The notes under the pieces were generated by a model, which saw only the letters and a list, made by a program, of their open reading frames with translations, did not search any database and had not been told where the DNA came from. A DNA stretch of 64,000 nt, taken from positions 768,001 to 832,000 of the forward strand of contig CAVUDP010000001.1 of the NCBI GenBank assembly GCA_963740315.1. The letters are read 5' to 3'. This document shows positions 9,787 through 20,218 of this stretch, piece by piece. The translations under genes and the position numbers were made by a program. This DNA comes from an uncultured cyanobacterium (lineage in GTDB: Bacteria > Cyanobacteriota > Cyanobacteriia > Cyanobacteriales > Nostocaceae). Each line of letters opens with the position of its first letter. The stretch's first letter is position 1.

Positions 9787-10950
9787 ATGCTTCGCCGTTT
9801 TTTCAGTAAAACCCCCATAGCTCTTAAACAGTTAATGAAAGAAAAAAACTGTTTTGGAGTTGCTGTAGCTGGTATTGCTTTTGCCAATATTCTAATTTTT
9901 TCCCAAATGGGGTTTGAAGCCTCATTATTTGATAGTTCAACCGCACCACACAAGAGTCTAAATGCCGATTTGGTGATAGTTAATCGCTATTTTGAGTCTA
10001 TATATTCAGTCAAAGACTTTCCTCGACGACGGTTACATCAGGTTTTAGGATTTGAAGGAGTAGAATCGGTAAGTCCTTTGTACATCAGTTCCGGAAGATG
10101 GAAGAATCCGCAAACCCTTCACACCCAGACTATTTTAGTGTTCGGTACCGATCCGCGCACCACAGCATTTAAGTCTCCTCAAGTCAACCAAAATATTTCG
10201 CAATTACAGAAGCCCAACACGATATTATTTGACCAAACATCCTTACCAATATTTGGTCCGATAGGCACTTTATTTCAACAGCAATCAGTTGAAACCGAAC
10301 TTAATGGTTTAAAAATTCGAGTTGGTGGCTTATTTAGCTTGGGTGCATCTTTCGCAGCATATGGCAATGTAATTACCAGCGATACAACATATTTACAATT
10401 GTTTCCTCAGTCTTCTATTACTAAAGTTAAACTTGGCTTGGTTAAACTCAAAAAAGATGCCGATATCAAACAAGTTAGAAAAAACCTAGAAGCTGCTTTA
10501 CCCGAAGACGTAAGGATTTACACGGTACCAGATTTTGAAGCCGCAGAAAAAGCTTATTGGGCAGAAACCACACCCATCGGTTTTGTATTTGGCTTTGGCG
10601 TAATTATTGCTTTTATTGTCGGTACTATGACGGTGTATCAAATTATGTATTCCGATGTTGCCACTCATCTACCGCAATACGCTACCCTCAAAGCAATGGG
10701 ATATCGCGATCGCTATTTAGTAGGAGTATTAATCCAAGAATCATTAATCTTGGCTATATGCGGCTACATTCCAGCGTTTGGAGTATCTTGGTTAATTTAT
10801 GAACTTGCAGCCTATGCCACACTGCTACCTATATATATGACTCTGCAAAGAAGTATTACGGTATTTCTGTTGACAGTAATTATGTGCTTGATTTCCGGTA
10901 CCACAGCGATTAGAAAATTAAAATCTGCCGATCCTGCCGATATGTTTTAA
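9787..10950 (+). CDS. devC: DevC-family ABC exporter permease (FtsX-like)
   Basis: KTPIALKQL, GIAFANILIFSQMGF, YATLKAMGY, terminal ADPADMF. Confidence 0.85.
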   Translation: MLRRFFSKTPIALKQLMKEKNCFGVAVAGIAFANILIFSQMGFEASLFDSSTAPHKSLNADLVIVNRYFESIYSVKDFPRRRLHQVLGFEGVESVSPLYISSGRWKNPQTLHTQTILVFGTDPRTTAFKSPQVNQNISQLQKPNTILFDQTSLPIFGPIGTLFQQQSVETELNGLKIRVGGLFSLGASFAAYGNVITSDTTYLQLFPQSSITKVKLGLVKLKKDADIKQVRKNLEAALPEDVRIYTVPDFEAAEKAYWAETTPIGFVFGFGVIIAFIVGTMTVYQIMYSDVATHLPQYATLKAMGYRDRYLVGVLIQESLILAICGYIPAFGVSWLIYELAAYATLLPIYMTLQRSITVFLLTVIMCLISGTTAIRKLKSADPADMF

Positions 10951-11009
10951 ATTTTAGGAGTGGCGATCGTCATCGTCTAAGTTTGCTTTGTTGAGGAGTG
11001 GATAAACAT

Positions 11010-11660
11010 ATGCCAATTACAAATTTGCTGACAGCAGGTGGGATAGTAATGATACCCCTGCTGTTTTTCTCGTTATTAGTAGTAGCGTTAATCATCGAAC
11101 GAATTCGGTTTTGGGTAAAAATAAACAGCCGTCAAACCCGCGTAGTAGAAGAAGTACTTAAGCTTTATCGTCGGGATAATGTCGTTAGTGCTTTGGAAAA
11201 ACTACAGTCTAATACCGACTTACCAATTGCTCGGATATTTTTAGCAGCCTTAGAATTAGAAGAAGCAAACCCAGAAGAATTTCGTCTGGCATTAGAAAGC
11301 GAAGCACAAGCCGAAATACCTTTACTAAAACGCTTTCAAAATATTTTTGATACGGTGATTTCTCTTTCACCTTTACTAGGACTTTTAGGAACAGTTTTAG
11401 GCTTAATTGCCTCTTTCGCTTCACTCAACCTTGGTAACATTGGAGCTAGCCAAACAACAAACGTTACAGGAGGAATCAGCGAAGCATTAGTTTCCACAGC
11501 AGCAGGATTAATAGTTGCTATTTTTACATTATTATTCGCCAACACATTCCGGGGATTATATCAGCGACAAATCGCATTAATTCAAGAATACGGTGGACAA
11601 TTAGAATTACTTTATCGTCGTCATTACGAACGGGGAGACAAGTTAAGAGTTAAGAGTTAA
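11010..11660 (+). CDS. exbB: MotA/TolQ/ExbB proton channel
   Basis: PLLGLLGTVLG, GGISEALVSTAAGL. Confidence 0.9.
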   Translation: MPITNLLTAGGIVMIPLLFFSLLVVALIIERIRFWVKINSRQTRVVEEVLKLYRRDNVVSALEKLQSNTDLPIARIFLAALELEEANPEEFRLALESEAQAEIPLLKRFQNIFDTVISLSPLLGLLGTVLGLIASFASLNLGNIGASQTTNVTGGISEALVSTAAGLIVAIFTLLFANTFRGLYQRQIALIQEYGGQLELLYRRHYERGDKLRVKS

Positions 11661-11900
11661 GAGTTAGGAGTTATGAGTACTTCGACAAGCTCAGTAACCT
11701 TTAGGAGTTATGAGTTAAGAGTTAGGAGTTAGAAGTTAGGAGTTAGAAGTTAGTTAATAGTTTAAATTTCTCCCCATCTCCCCATCCCCCCATCCCCCCC
11801 TCTCCCCATCCCCCCCTCTCCCCATCTCCCCCTCTACCCCCTCTACCCCCTCTACCCCCTCTACCCCCTCTCCTTCCTCTACCCAATTCCCAATTCCCAA
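11637..11900. repeat. STRR heptamer and purine/pyrimidine tracts
   Basis: (GAGTTAA/GAGTTAG)n, (CCCCTCTAC)n, (CCCAATT)n; embedded small element TACTTCGACAAGCTCAGTA. Confidence 0.85.
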
Positions 11901-11905
11901 ATAAA

Positions 11906-12310
11906 ATGAAACTACCAGAAGAACCAGATATTCCAGCACAAATTAATATCGTTCCGATGATTGATGTGATATTCGCGATTTTGGCGTTTTTCATCATGTC
12001 ATCGTTATTTTTAACTAAATTAGAAGGATTGCCAGTAAATTTACCCAAGGCATCATCGGCACAACAGCAGCAAGCTACCGAACCGATCGCCGTCACAATA
12101 GACCAATTAGGTGAAATTAGCTTGAATCGACAACCAATTACCCTCGATAATTTAGAAGCAAAAATCAAAAATGTAGCCAGCGCTAATGGAGAACGATTAG
12201 TAATAGTTAATGCAGACGAAAGAGTCACTCACGGAAAAGTCGTAGCTGTCATGGATAAATTGCGAGAAATACCCGGAGTTAGATTGGCGATCGCGACTGA
12301 AAAACCATAA
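11906..12310 (+). CDS. exbD: ExbD/TolR biopolymer transport protein
   Basis: INIVPMIDVIFAILAFF, VNLPKA, NADERV.HGKVV.VMD. Confidence 0.92.
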   Translation: MKLPEEPDIPAQINIVPMIDVIFAILAFFIMSSLFLTKLEGLPVNLPKASSAQQQQATEPIAVTIDQLGEISLNRQPITLDNLEAKIKNVASANGERLVIVNADERVTHGKVVAVMDKLREIPGVRLAIATEKP

Positions 12311-12359
12311 GAAATATTTGCTAAAAAAAGATACGATTTTTATTCATGAGGATACAAAA

Positions 12360-12566
12360 ATGACTATTTGGGTAAACGAACAAATCGATCCCTCTGGACT
12401 AATTTACGCTTGTATTGCCTGCTGTAACGAGTCTCAAGCCAAAGATTGCCATGAGTCTTTCAAGCAAAATTTAAACGAAATACAGTTAGCATCCGGTTGG
12501 ATAGCGCGAATGAGAATAGTAGAATCCTGGGATGAAGTTCCAGTTAATTCCTTAAAACTAAATTAA
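12360..12566 (+). CDS. Small conserved Cys-rich cyanobacterial protein
   Basis: MTIWVNEQIDPSG..ACIACC..A.DCH; GAGG RBS before ATG 12360. Confidence 0.75.
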   Translation: MTIWVNEQIDPSGLIYACIACCNESQAKDCHESFKQNLNEIQLASGWIARMRIVESWDEVPVNSLKLN

Positions 12567-12695
12567 TAGTAATCATTAATTTTTTATTGATAATTGTTCG
12601 TTGATAACTGATAATTAATAATTGATGATATTATCCCAAATTATAGTTACTATCTATAACAAAGGATAAAAATTTGGAAAAACCCTATTAAATTA

Positions 12696-13256
12696 GTGAG
12701 CTATCCAAAAATTTTCTCTCCCAAACAAGACTATAAAATCAACTTAGTCAGTCACAAGGGAGAAGAAATTCAAATTTCAGTTCATTCTCCCACTCGGTAT
12801 ATCTGTAATAATTGCGAACGGATATTACCAGATTGGAAAAACAACTTAGAAATGTCAGTGGCGATCGTTTTACAACAATCTCAGTTTGCACTTGTAGAAA
12901 GTTCGCCGCGAATAGAAACAGAAAAACAACGCTTGCGTTTCATATTCATGAAATTTGCTTGCGATGTCGCATTTGATTTACGAGATAAAAACTATTTAGC
13001 AGATTTAATAGATCCCCGTACTGGCTATCCATTACTATCTCGCCCCGGACAAATTCCTCATGATGACACTGCGGTTGTGAAAGCTTTATTAAAGTATCCA
13101 ATCATCTGCAACGATTGTCGTGTATTAATTCATCCCAAATGGGGCACGGCAGTTTATCCAAGTATTTTAATATCAGCAGCACCTAAAATTACCATTGCCC
13201 GGACAATTCAAAGCATTTCTAGCTTACACGGATGGGAAGAAAACAGTGAGCAGTGA
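12696..13256 (+). CDS. MMADHC/CblD-like protein
   Basis: ETEKQRLR, ADLIDPRTGYP, CRVLIHPKWGTAVYPS match the CblD C-terminal domain motifs as recalled. Confidence 0.75.
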   Translation: MSYPKIFSPKQDYKINLVSHKGEEIQISVHSPTRYICNNCERILPDWKNNLEMSVAIVLQQSQFALVESSPRIETEKQRLRFIFMKFACDVAFDLRDKNYLADLIDPRTGYPLLSRPGQIPHDDTAVVKALLKYPIICNDCRVLIHPKWGTAVYPSILISAAPKITIARTIQSISSLHGWEENSEQ

Positions 13257-13612
13257 GCAGTGAGCAGTGAACAGTTAGCAGTTACCAGTGAACAGTGAGC
13301 AGTTAGCAGTTAGCAGTTAGCAGTTAGCAGTTAGCAGTGAACAGTGAGCAGTTAGCAGTTACCAGTTAGCAGTTAGCAGTTAGCAGTTAGCAGTTAGCAG
13401 TTAGCAGTTAGCAGTTAGCAGTTAGCAGTTAGCAGTTAGCAGTGAACAGTTAGCAGTGAACAGTTAGCAGTTAGCAGTGAGCAGTGAACAGTGAACAGTT
13501 AGCAGTTACCAGTTACCAGTTAGCAGTTACCAGTTAGCAGTTAGTTAGTAATTAAAATTTCTACCCCCTCTACCCCCTCTACCCCCTCTCCCCCCTCTCC
13601 CCCCTCTCCCCT
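13243..13612. repeat. Long STRR array (CAGTTAG/CAGTGAG/CAGTGAA)n followed by a C-rich tract
   Basis: About 300 bp of tandem heptamers between convergent genes. Confidence 0.95.
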
Positions 13613-13613
13613 C

Positions 13614-14690
13614 TCAACTCTTCTTCGGCTTCCGCAATGGCTTAGCATCTATCGGTCCAAGCATCCTATTCAGGGCGCGTAATTGTTCTGCTGTTCCCAT
13701 GCCTATCATTACATCCCCTGACATTAAAATAGTATCTGCTGTGGGACCGCCAATTAAGTCGCCATTAGCACGACGAATCGCTAAAACTAATGCTCCAGTT
13801 TGCGCTCGCAATCTTGCTTCTCCTAAACTTTGACCGACAAAAGGACAAGTATTATGGTCAATTAAAACTTCTTCCATGTAAAGTTCGCGACCTCTTCCTG
13901 ATATAATGCCGTCTACGAAATCCATGACTTGGGGTCTTAAAGCAGCAGCAGCCATTCTTCTACCGCCGGTGATGTAGGGTGAAACTACTGCATCTGCACC
14001 GCCTCGCTGAAGTTTTTGTACCGCTTCTTCCGTACTGGCGCGGGCGATCGCTCGAATTCGCGGGTTAAGTGTTTTTGCGGAGAGTACTATATATAAATTT
14101 TCCGCATCCGATGGTAATGCAGCAACAATACAAATAGCTTTGTCTATTTTTACAAGCATCAGCGTTTCATCTAAAGTTGCATCACCTTGATATATGGTGT
14201 AACCTTCTTCTTGAGCTTTTCTTACAGTATCTACTTCCGAATCAACAATTACGAAAGATACACCTTCCGCCTCAAATTCTTGGGCAATCTGACGACCTGT
14301 ACGACTAAATCCGCAAATAATATAATGTCTAGATAATGATTCCATTGTTCGCCGTTGTTGTCTGAGTCGAATTCCTTCTTGAAAATATCCTTGAATTACG
14401 GCTTCTGTAAATCGATTAACAATATAACCGATGGTAACTATGCCCATTAAAATTAGGGCGATCGTAAATAATCTTCCTCGGCTTCCTAAAGGCTGAGTTT
14501 CTGAATAACCAACCGTTGACAAGGTAATGAACGTCATGAAAGTAGCGTCTTCCCACGTCCAACCTTCTACAAATCTGTACCATAAAGTTCCCGTCAGCAA
14601 CACGCCGCAAAGTGCTAATGTTCCAATCATTAACTCTTTTTGGATACGACGATATTTTTGTTCTAATATCGAGTAAACGGGTTTTCTCAT
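13614..14690 (-). CDS. Potassium channel with TrkA-N/TrkA-C (RCK) domains
   Basis: Pore motif TLSTVGYSE, Rossmann ICGFSRTG, GDAT, C-terminal RCK_C. Confidence 0.88.
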   Translation of the reverse strand: MRKPVYSILEQKYRRIQKELMIGTLALCGVLLTGTLWYRFVEGWTWEDATFMTFITLSTVGYSETQPLGSRGRLFTIALILMGIVTIGYIVNRFTEAVIQGYFQEGIRLRQQRRTMESLSRHYIICGFSRTGRQIAQEFEAEGVSFVIVDSEVDTVRKAQEEGYTIYQGDATLDETLMLVKIDKAICIVAALPSDAENLYIVLSAKTLNPRIRAIARASTEEAVQKLQRGGADAVVSPYITGGRRMAAAALRPQVMDFVDGIISGRGRELYMEEVLIDHNTCPFVGQSLGEARLRAQTGALVLAIRRANGDLIGGPTADTILMSGDVMIGMGTAEQLRALNRMLGPIDAKPLRKPKKS

Positions 14691-14935
14691 CGCTCTCCAA
14701 TACAAACCGTTCGCCAATGTAAATAAAATTACGAATAAATTTCCCGTTCCTTGTAATATTAAGTACTATCTATTTAGTTATCAAGTATAATTAGTTTTTG
14801 ATTTATCGATTATTAAATTGCGTATAAAAAATTGTGTTACCAGACGACAATGAATGGTAACATTATTTGCTACGAATAAAAACTATTTAATATGCTCTTT
14901 CCCGAAGCGATGGTTATAGAGCATAAAAGCAAGAA

Positions 14936-15679
14936 CTAATCTAACTCATCGGGATTTACCCCCAACTCACGCAATTTTTCGGCTAATTTTTCAATTTTTC
15001 TTTGTGCTGCTTCTGCTTCTTGTTTTGCAACAGTTAATTCCTCCTCAGGTACGGGTATCAATTCTCCTTCTAACGTAAACCACCGCAACCATAATCTATC
15101 AATATTGCGAAATGAACCGAACCATAATCCCAAACTTAATCCTAATTCTGGTATGGGTACAGTTCCTTGAGTAATATCTACCGCTTGATAATGTCCACCA
15201 ACTAAATGAAATGCCTGTATCTCGTTGGTATAGCGACTAAATACTATATAGTAGGGAATCCGTAAAACCTGCTCGTAAACTTTCCACTTTGTAGGTGGTT
15301 TATTAGCTTTACTTTCCGTTTCTCCCAATTCTTCTTCCGTACCGGGAGATAATAATTCAACTACGACAAAAGGATTTACCCCCTCTTGCCAAGTTACATA
15401 ACTCAAACGTAAATCTCGTCCTTCATATAGCTTTGGTACCCCTACAACACCAAACCAATCCGGACGTTTATACCACTGCGGATGTCGGACATCATAATAT
15501 AAATTGAGATCGGCAGCGCTGTAAACTTGTTCTTGACTCCAATTAACGGGAAGAAACGTTAAAAACAACAATAAAGGTTGTAAAAAGTGGAAATCGTCTT
15601 TCTCACTAGGTAGATCGTACATTGTCGGTAAAGTTTCACTAGGAGGAAGAGGTGGTTCGGATTGAGGAATTGAAATCAT
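14936..15679 (-). CDS. Uma2-family endonuclease-like protein
   Basis: LPTMYDLPSE, KRPDWFGV, PFVVVELLSPGT, terminal LRELGVNPDEL. Confidence 0.85.
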   Translation of the reverse strand: MISIPQSEPPLPPSETLPTMYDLPSEKDDFHFLQPLLLFLTFLPVNWSQEQVYSAADLNLYYDVRHPQWYKRPDWFGVVGVPKLYEGRDLRLSYVTWQEGVNPFVVVELLSPGTEEELGETESKANKPPTKWKVYEQVLRIPYYIVFSRYTNEIQAFHLVGGHYQAVDITQGTVPIPELGLSLGLWFGSFRNIDRLWLRWFTLEGELIPVPEEELTVAKQEAEAAQRKIEKLAEKLRELGVNPDELD

Positions 15680-15806
15680 TGTTAGAAATGGGCATGGGGA
15701 ATTGGGCATGGGGCATTGGTAATTTTATAATTAATGCCTTTTCTACCAGGGTATCTTCTATAATTAAAAAGTTGTTTTTAGTTAATTTGTTGTATAAATT
15801 TAGTTA

Positions 15807-16571
15807 TCAAGCAACATTGTAATCAACATCAGCATTATCTACAATTGGCTGATATTCATTACCACCAAAAGGATTAAAACCGGGTTGCCATTCTGCTGTT
15901 AAATTACACAGTAAGCGTAGTTGTAACGGTGTTGGTGCAGGGTTCACTCTTTCAACTCGAACTTTAATATGGTTGGGATTGTCTTTTATTAATATATGAA
16001 AATCATTATTTATATAGCGCGGACAATAGCCTATATTATAATGGTCTTCCGTACACAGCATTAATGCATTGCGATCGTAAGGATTTTGAAACTCATGGGA
16101 CAAATATAATAATTCGTCTTTTTTTAATTCAAGAATCCTTTCAACTGAAGATGATGGAAAATATCTTAACCCACGTGTAAAAAAAATAATATGATATAAA
16201 CCGTTTTTATCTTTAGTTGGACAAGGGAACACTTCTAGAGTATCTGTAGCTTTTTTACCGCCACTACGAGCTAAAAGATTAATCGGTTCGTCATCCCGCT
16301 CATGAATATTTAGCCGTTCAATATAATTTTTATAGTCGGGACGAGAACGACGCATAATTCGATTGGAGAATAAAGGAAAAATTAATTCTGATTTATATAC
16401 TTTATTAAAATCGGGAAAAGAATATAAACCAGTAAAACCGCATTTAGCTTGAGCCGATTCAACACCTTTTACGTATACAAATTGATATTCTTCCCCATCA
16501 TAAGTTAAGCGACCAACGGGAAACCATTCACGAGTATTTGGGTCTTGCCAAGCTAAGAATAGGATTGTCAT
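15807..16571 (-). CDS. HipS-like N-terminal domain plus HIRAN domain protein
   Basis: VGRL..DGEEYQFVY, LFSNRI..RPD (HipA N-subdomain-like); EFQNPYDRNAL...IGYCPR (HIRAN). Confidence 0.78.
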   Translation of the reverse strand: MTILFLAWQDPNTREWFPVGRLTYDGEEYQFVYVKGVESAQAKCGFTGLYSFPDFNKVYKSELIFPLFSNRIMRRSRPDYKNYIERLNIHERDDEPINLLARSGGKKATDTLEVFPCPTKDKNGLYHIIFFTRGLRYFPSSSVERILELKKDELLYLSHEFQNPYDRNALMLCTEDHYNIGYCPRYINNDFHILIKDNPNHIKVRVERVNPAPTPLQLRLLCNLTAEWQPGFNPFGGNEYQPIVDNADVDYNVA

Positions 16572-16689
16572 ATTAAAGAATTATTTAGACACAACACATT
16601 AAAAGATGTATGTCAGTTATACAAAATATTTTACTTCGATCTCGGAGTACAATAATACGATTGAGTAAGACTACTATAGATAACTGTTT

Positions 16690-17586
16690 TCAGAGACTTT
16701 CACGCAGTTTAAGCAATCTACTTTGATTCAATTCCAGTATTTTCTGTGCAAATTCGATAGCGGTTGCTGATATGCGTTCTTTCGGAATACGTTCAAATAG
16801 TTCTAAAGTTGTTGCAGATGATATTTTTGCTAGATAATCTAACCATAATAAAGCTGCATTGGGATAACATAGCGCAGCTTGATAAAATGCATCAATAGTT
16901 TTGAGTGGTTTGTTTTCTTCAACGTTGGCATAAAGCACCGAACGACATTTTTTTACGTATCCTTGTATAGAATTATTTAGTTTTTCTTGGCGTTTTATAT
17001 CTAATAACTCTCTACCAAGACAAGAAGCATGGTCATAAGTAGGGGATAAATAAGTTTTATCTGCTAAATTAACAAATGCCCAATTTTCATGATGTCTATC
17101 TGTATTGCCAATCCAAGCATCTAAAAGTAAATAGCCAACAAAAATTTCGACTGCGTTGCTTATACCTTCGGGTGGAGTCCATTTTGCAGGTAAATTAATT
17201 GAATCTGAGGCGATCGCATCTAATACAGAATTGATTGTATGTTGAGAAAGGTTTTTAGAATCTGTTGGATAACTTGGTAATATCCTAGACAAAATTTCAT
17301 TACCAAAAGTAAGACTACCTCCTTCTAGTAAAAACGATGGTGAGATGATTCCTCTCTCTCCTTTGAATATGGCTAATTCATATTTTGCGTGGGGTAAATG
17401 CAATAACTCGCATAACTCTGCCGCAATCTTTTCTGACCAATCTTCACCTGTATCAGGTCTGTTTTTTTTATACAAGCAGCGACCAAGAGTTTCATCGTCA
17501 AACCAAAACTTCTCTTTGGTTCCCATTTGCTCTTCTTCACCAGGAGCATCTGGCGAAATTTGAATAATAGGAAAATAATCAGCCAT
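16690..17586 (-). CDS. HipA-like serine/threonine kinase
   Basis: GTKEKFW, GEDWSEKIA, DAWIGNTDRHHENW, SPTYDHASCLG. Confidence 0.85.
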   Translation of the reverse strand: MADYFPIIQISPDAPGEEEQMGTKEKFWFDDETLGRCLYKKNRPDTGEDWSEKIAAELCELLHLPHAKYELAIFKGERGIISPSFLLEGGSLTFGNEILSRILPSYPTDSKNLSQHTINSVLDAIASDSINLPAKWTPPEGISNAVEIFVGYLLLDAWIGNTDRHHENWAFVNLADKTYLSPTYDHASCLGRELLDIKRQEKLNNSIQGYVKKCRSVLYANVEENKPLKTIDAFYQAALCYPNAALLWLDYLAKISSATTLELFERIPKERISATAIEFAQKILELNQSRLLKLRESL

Positions 17587-17632
17587 GATGTATTATTTCA
17601 AGTGTTACATCATGGCAAAAATAAACTATCAC

Positions 17633-18238
17633 CTAACTCGCAGCCAGTTGACTCCAACTCACATAAGGCAACTTAGCAGCAGTTTCCTTAACCTTCTGTG
17701 CATTACTTACCAATTGTCCGCAAGCATCCCAAGTACCCGAAACAAACATATTTTTCGCACCTTCACCCATTTGTACGGGTGCTGAAAAATCACCGCACTG
17801 CACTTTCATTGCTTGCAAGTCTATCGTAATATTTGCTTGAGGATTATCTGTTAACATCACCTGCAATTGTTCAACGGTATCTGAATCAGCGGTAACGCAA
17901 GGAACGCCCATAGCTACGCAATTACCGAAGAATATTTCTGCAAAACTCTCGCCAATTACAGCCTGTATTCCCCATTTAGCAAGTGCTTGGGGTGCGTGTT
18001 CTCTAGAAGAACCACAGCCAAAGTTACGGTTGACTACCAATAGACTTGCATTTTGATACTGCGGTTGGTCGAAGGCATGTTTACCTTCAAGTCCTTTGCG
18101 ATCGTCTTCAAAAGCGTGTTCTCCCAAACCATCAAAAGTAACGCAACGCAAAAACCGCGCTGGAATAATTCGATCTGTATCGATATCGTTACCTACCAAA
18201 GGAATACCGTTTCCGGAAACTGTTTTAACTTCACTCAT
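17633..18238 (-). CDS. leuD: 3-isopropylmalate dehydratase small subunit
   Basis: [36 protein letters not shown]. Confidence 0.97.
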   Translation of the reverse strand: MSEVKTVSGNGIPLVGNDIDTDRIIPARFLRCVTFDGLGEHAFEDDRKGLEGKHAFDQPQYQNASLLVVNRNFGCGSSREHAPQALAKWGIQAVIGESFAEIFFGNCVAMGVPCVTADSDTVEQLQVMLTDNPQANITIDLQAMKVQCGDFSAPVQMGEGAKNMFVSGTWDACGQLVSNAQKVKETAAKLPYVSWSQLAAS

Positions 18239-18387
18239 TACGATTTTGGATTTTAGATTTTAGATTTTGGATTGGTAATTGGTAATGGGTAATAGGTAAT
18301 TGGTAATTGGTAATTGGGAAAATTCTACCCCCTCTTCCCTCTCTTCCCCCTCTACCCCCTCTCCTTTCAACTAACAACTATCAACTA

Positions 18388-19794
18388 TCAACTAACAAAT
18401 TCACGTACATCTGCAACAGTACCTTTAATTGCGGCTGCTGCAACCATTGCGGGACTCATTAATAATGTACGTCCGCTCGCGGAACCTTGTCTTCCTTTGA
18501 AGTTGCGATTGGAGGAAGAAGCACTTATTTGTCTTCCCTGCAATTTATCGGGGTTCATTGCTAAACACATGGAACATCCGGGTTCTCGCCATTCAAATCC
18601 GGCTGCTTGAAAGATTTTATCTAAACCTTCGGCTTCGGCTTGTTTTTTGACTCTTTCGGAACCGGGAACCACAAAGGCTTTTACTCCTTGGGCTACTTGA
18701 TGCCCTTTGGCAATTTTGGCGGCTTCGCGTAAGTCACCGATCCTACCGTTGGTGCAGCTACCAATAAAGCAAACATCTATTTTTGTACCTTTAATGGGAT
18801 TACCGGGTGCTAAATCCATGTAGTGATAAGCTTCTTCGGCAATAAAACGGTCTTCGGCTGGTAATTCTTCGGGTAATGGAATGGTTTGATTGATTCCTAT
18901 ACCTTGTCCGGGAGTGATTCCCCAAGTAACGGTAGGCGAAATATCTGCGGCATCAAATACTACTACATCATCGTAAACTGCATCCGCATCGCTACGGAGA
19001 GATTCCCACCAAGCAATGGCTTTATCCCAATCTTCTCCTTTGGGCGCAAAGTCTTTACCCTTGAGGTATTCATAAGTAACGTTATCGGGATTAACGTAAC
19101 CGCATCTCGCACCGCCTTCGATGGACATATTACACGCGGTCATCCGTTCTTCCATGTTCATCTGTTCAAAGGTGGTACCTGCAAATTCGTAAGCATAACC
19201 GACACCACCTTTCACGCCAAGAGTACGGATAATGTGTAAAACCACATCTTTGGCGTAAACACCCGGTTTTAAAGTACCGTTAACTTCGATTTTGCGGACT
19301 TTTAATTTAGATAGCGCCAAGGTTTGGGAAGCCAGCACATCGCGCACCTGAGAAGTACCAATACCGCATGCGATCGCACCAAATGCACCGTGGGTTGAAG
19401 TGTGACTATCACCACAAGCAATAGTCATTCCCGGTTGGGTAAGTCCCTGCTCTGGGGCGATTACGTGAACGATACCTTGATTTCCCGTACCGATATTGTA
19501 AAAAGTTATTTCATTTTCTTGACAATTTGTTTCCAGCGCTTGCATCATCTCCTCTGCCAAAGTATCGACAAAAGGACGCGCTTGATTATCAGTAGGTACG
19601 ATATGGTCAACCGTTGCCACCGTGCGCTCCGGAAACATCACCTTCAAACCCCGTTCCCTAAGCATCGCAAAGGCTTGAGGACTCGTTACTTCATGAATTA
19701 AATGCAGCCCAATAAACAGTTGCGTTTGCCCGGAAGCAAGAGTAGCAACTGTATGTAAATCCCAAACTTTATCAAATAACGTGCCTTTGCTCAT
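18388..19794 (-). CDS. leuC: 3-isopropylmalate dehydratase large subunit
   Basis: [33 protein letters not shown]; true start MSKGT at 19794. Confidence 0.97.
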   Translation of the reverse strand: MSKGTLFDKVWDLHTVATLASGQTQLFIGLHLIHEVTSPQAFAMLRERGLKVMFPERTVATVDHIVPTDNQARPFVDTLAEEMMQALETNCQENEITFYNIGTGNQGIVHVIAPEQGLTQPGMTIACGDSHTSTHGAFGAIACGIGTSQVRDVLASQTLALSKLKVRKIEVNGTLKPGVYAKDVVLHIIRTLGVKGGVGYAYEFAGTTFEQMNMEERMTACNMSIEGGARCGYVNPDNVTYEYLKGKDFAPKGEDWDKAIAWWESLRSDADAVYDDVVVFDAADISPTVTWGITPGQGIGINQTIPLPEELPAEDRFIAEEAYHYMDLAPGNPIKGTKIDVCFIGSCTNGRIGDLREAAKIAKGHQVAQGVKAFVVPGSERVKKQAEAEGLDKIFQAAGFEWREPGCSMCLAMNPDKLQGRQISASSSNRNFKGRQGSASGRTLLMSPAMVAAAAIKGTVADVREFVS

Positions 19795-19854
19795 CTCAAT
19801 CCGTTCGCTAAGAGTCAGGTTTATTGATGTTATCAAAATATGGTCACAGAGGGT

Positions 19855-20218
19855 AGGGAGGGGAGGGGGAGATGGGGAGATGGGGAGATGGGGAGATGGG
19901 GAGAGGGGGGAGATGAGGGAGATGGGGAGAGGGGGGAGATGGGGAGAGGGGGAGATGGGGAGAGGGGGGAGATGGGGAGAGGGGGAGATAATTTTTAACA
20001 ACTAACTCCTAACTCCTAACTCCTAACTGGTCACTGGTAACTGGTAACTGGTCACTGGTAACTGGTAACTGGTCACTGATTACTGCTCACTGCTCACTGC
20101 TCACTGATTACTGCTCACTGCTCACTGCTCACTGATTACTGCTCACTGCTCACTGCTCACTGATTACTGCTCACTGCTCACTGCTCACTGCTCACTGATT
20201 ACTGCTCACTGATTACTG
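19855..20218. repeat. STRR tracts (GGGGAGAT)n, (CCTAACT)n, (ACTGGTA/ACTGCTC)n
   Basis: Tandem 7-9-mers. Confidence 0.92.

Noticed and set aside
11743..12228. Minus-strand ORFs with RGG or GVE repeats
   Set aside because: Antisense to exbD and running through STRR tracts; shadow ORFs
12360..12566. 'Glycogen debranching' label that I recall being attached to this small family
   Set aside because: 68 aa cannot encode a GH13 enzyme; treated as function unknown
13243..13545. Long tandem array as a possible CRISPR or guide array
   Set aside because: Pure heptamer STRR with no unique spacers; no cas genes in the window
19795..20001. 69-aa Pro/Ser-rich N-terminal extension of LeuC in the ORF track
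   Set aside because: It is mostly a translated (GGGGAGAT)n repeat; the conserved LeuC start is MSKGT at 19794
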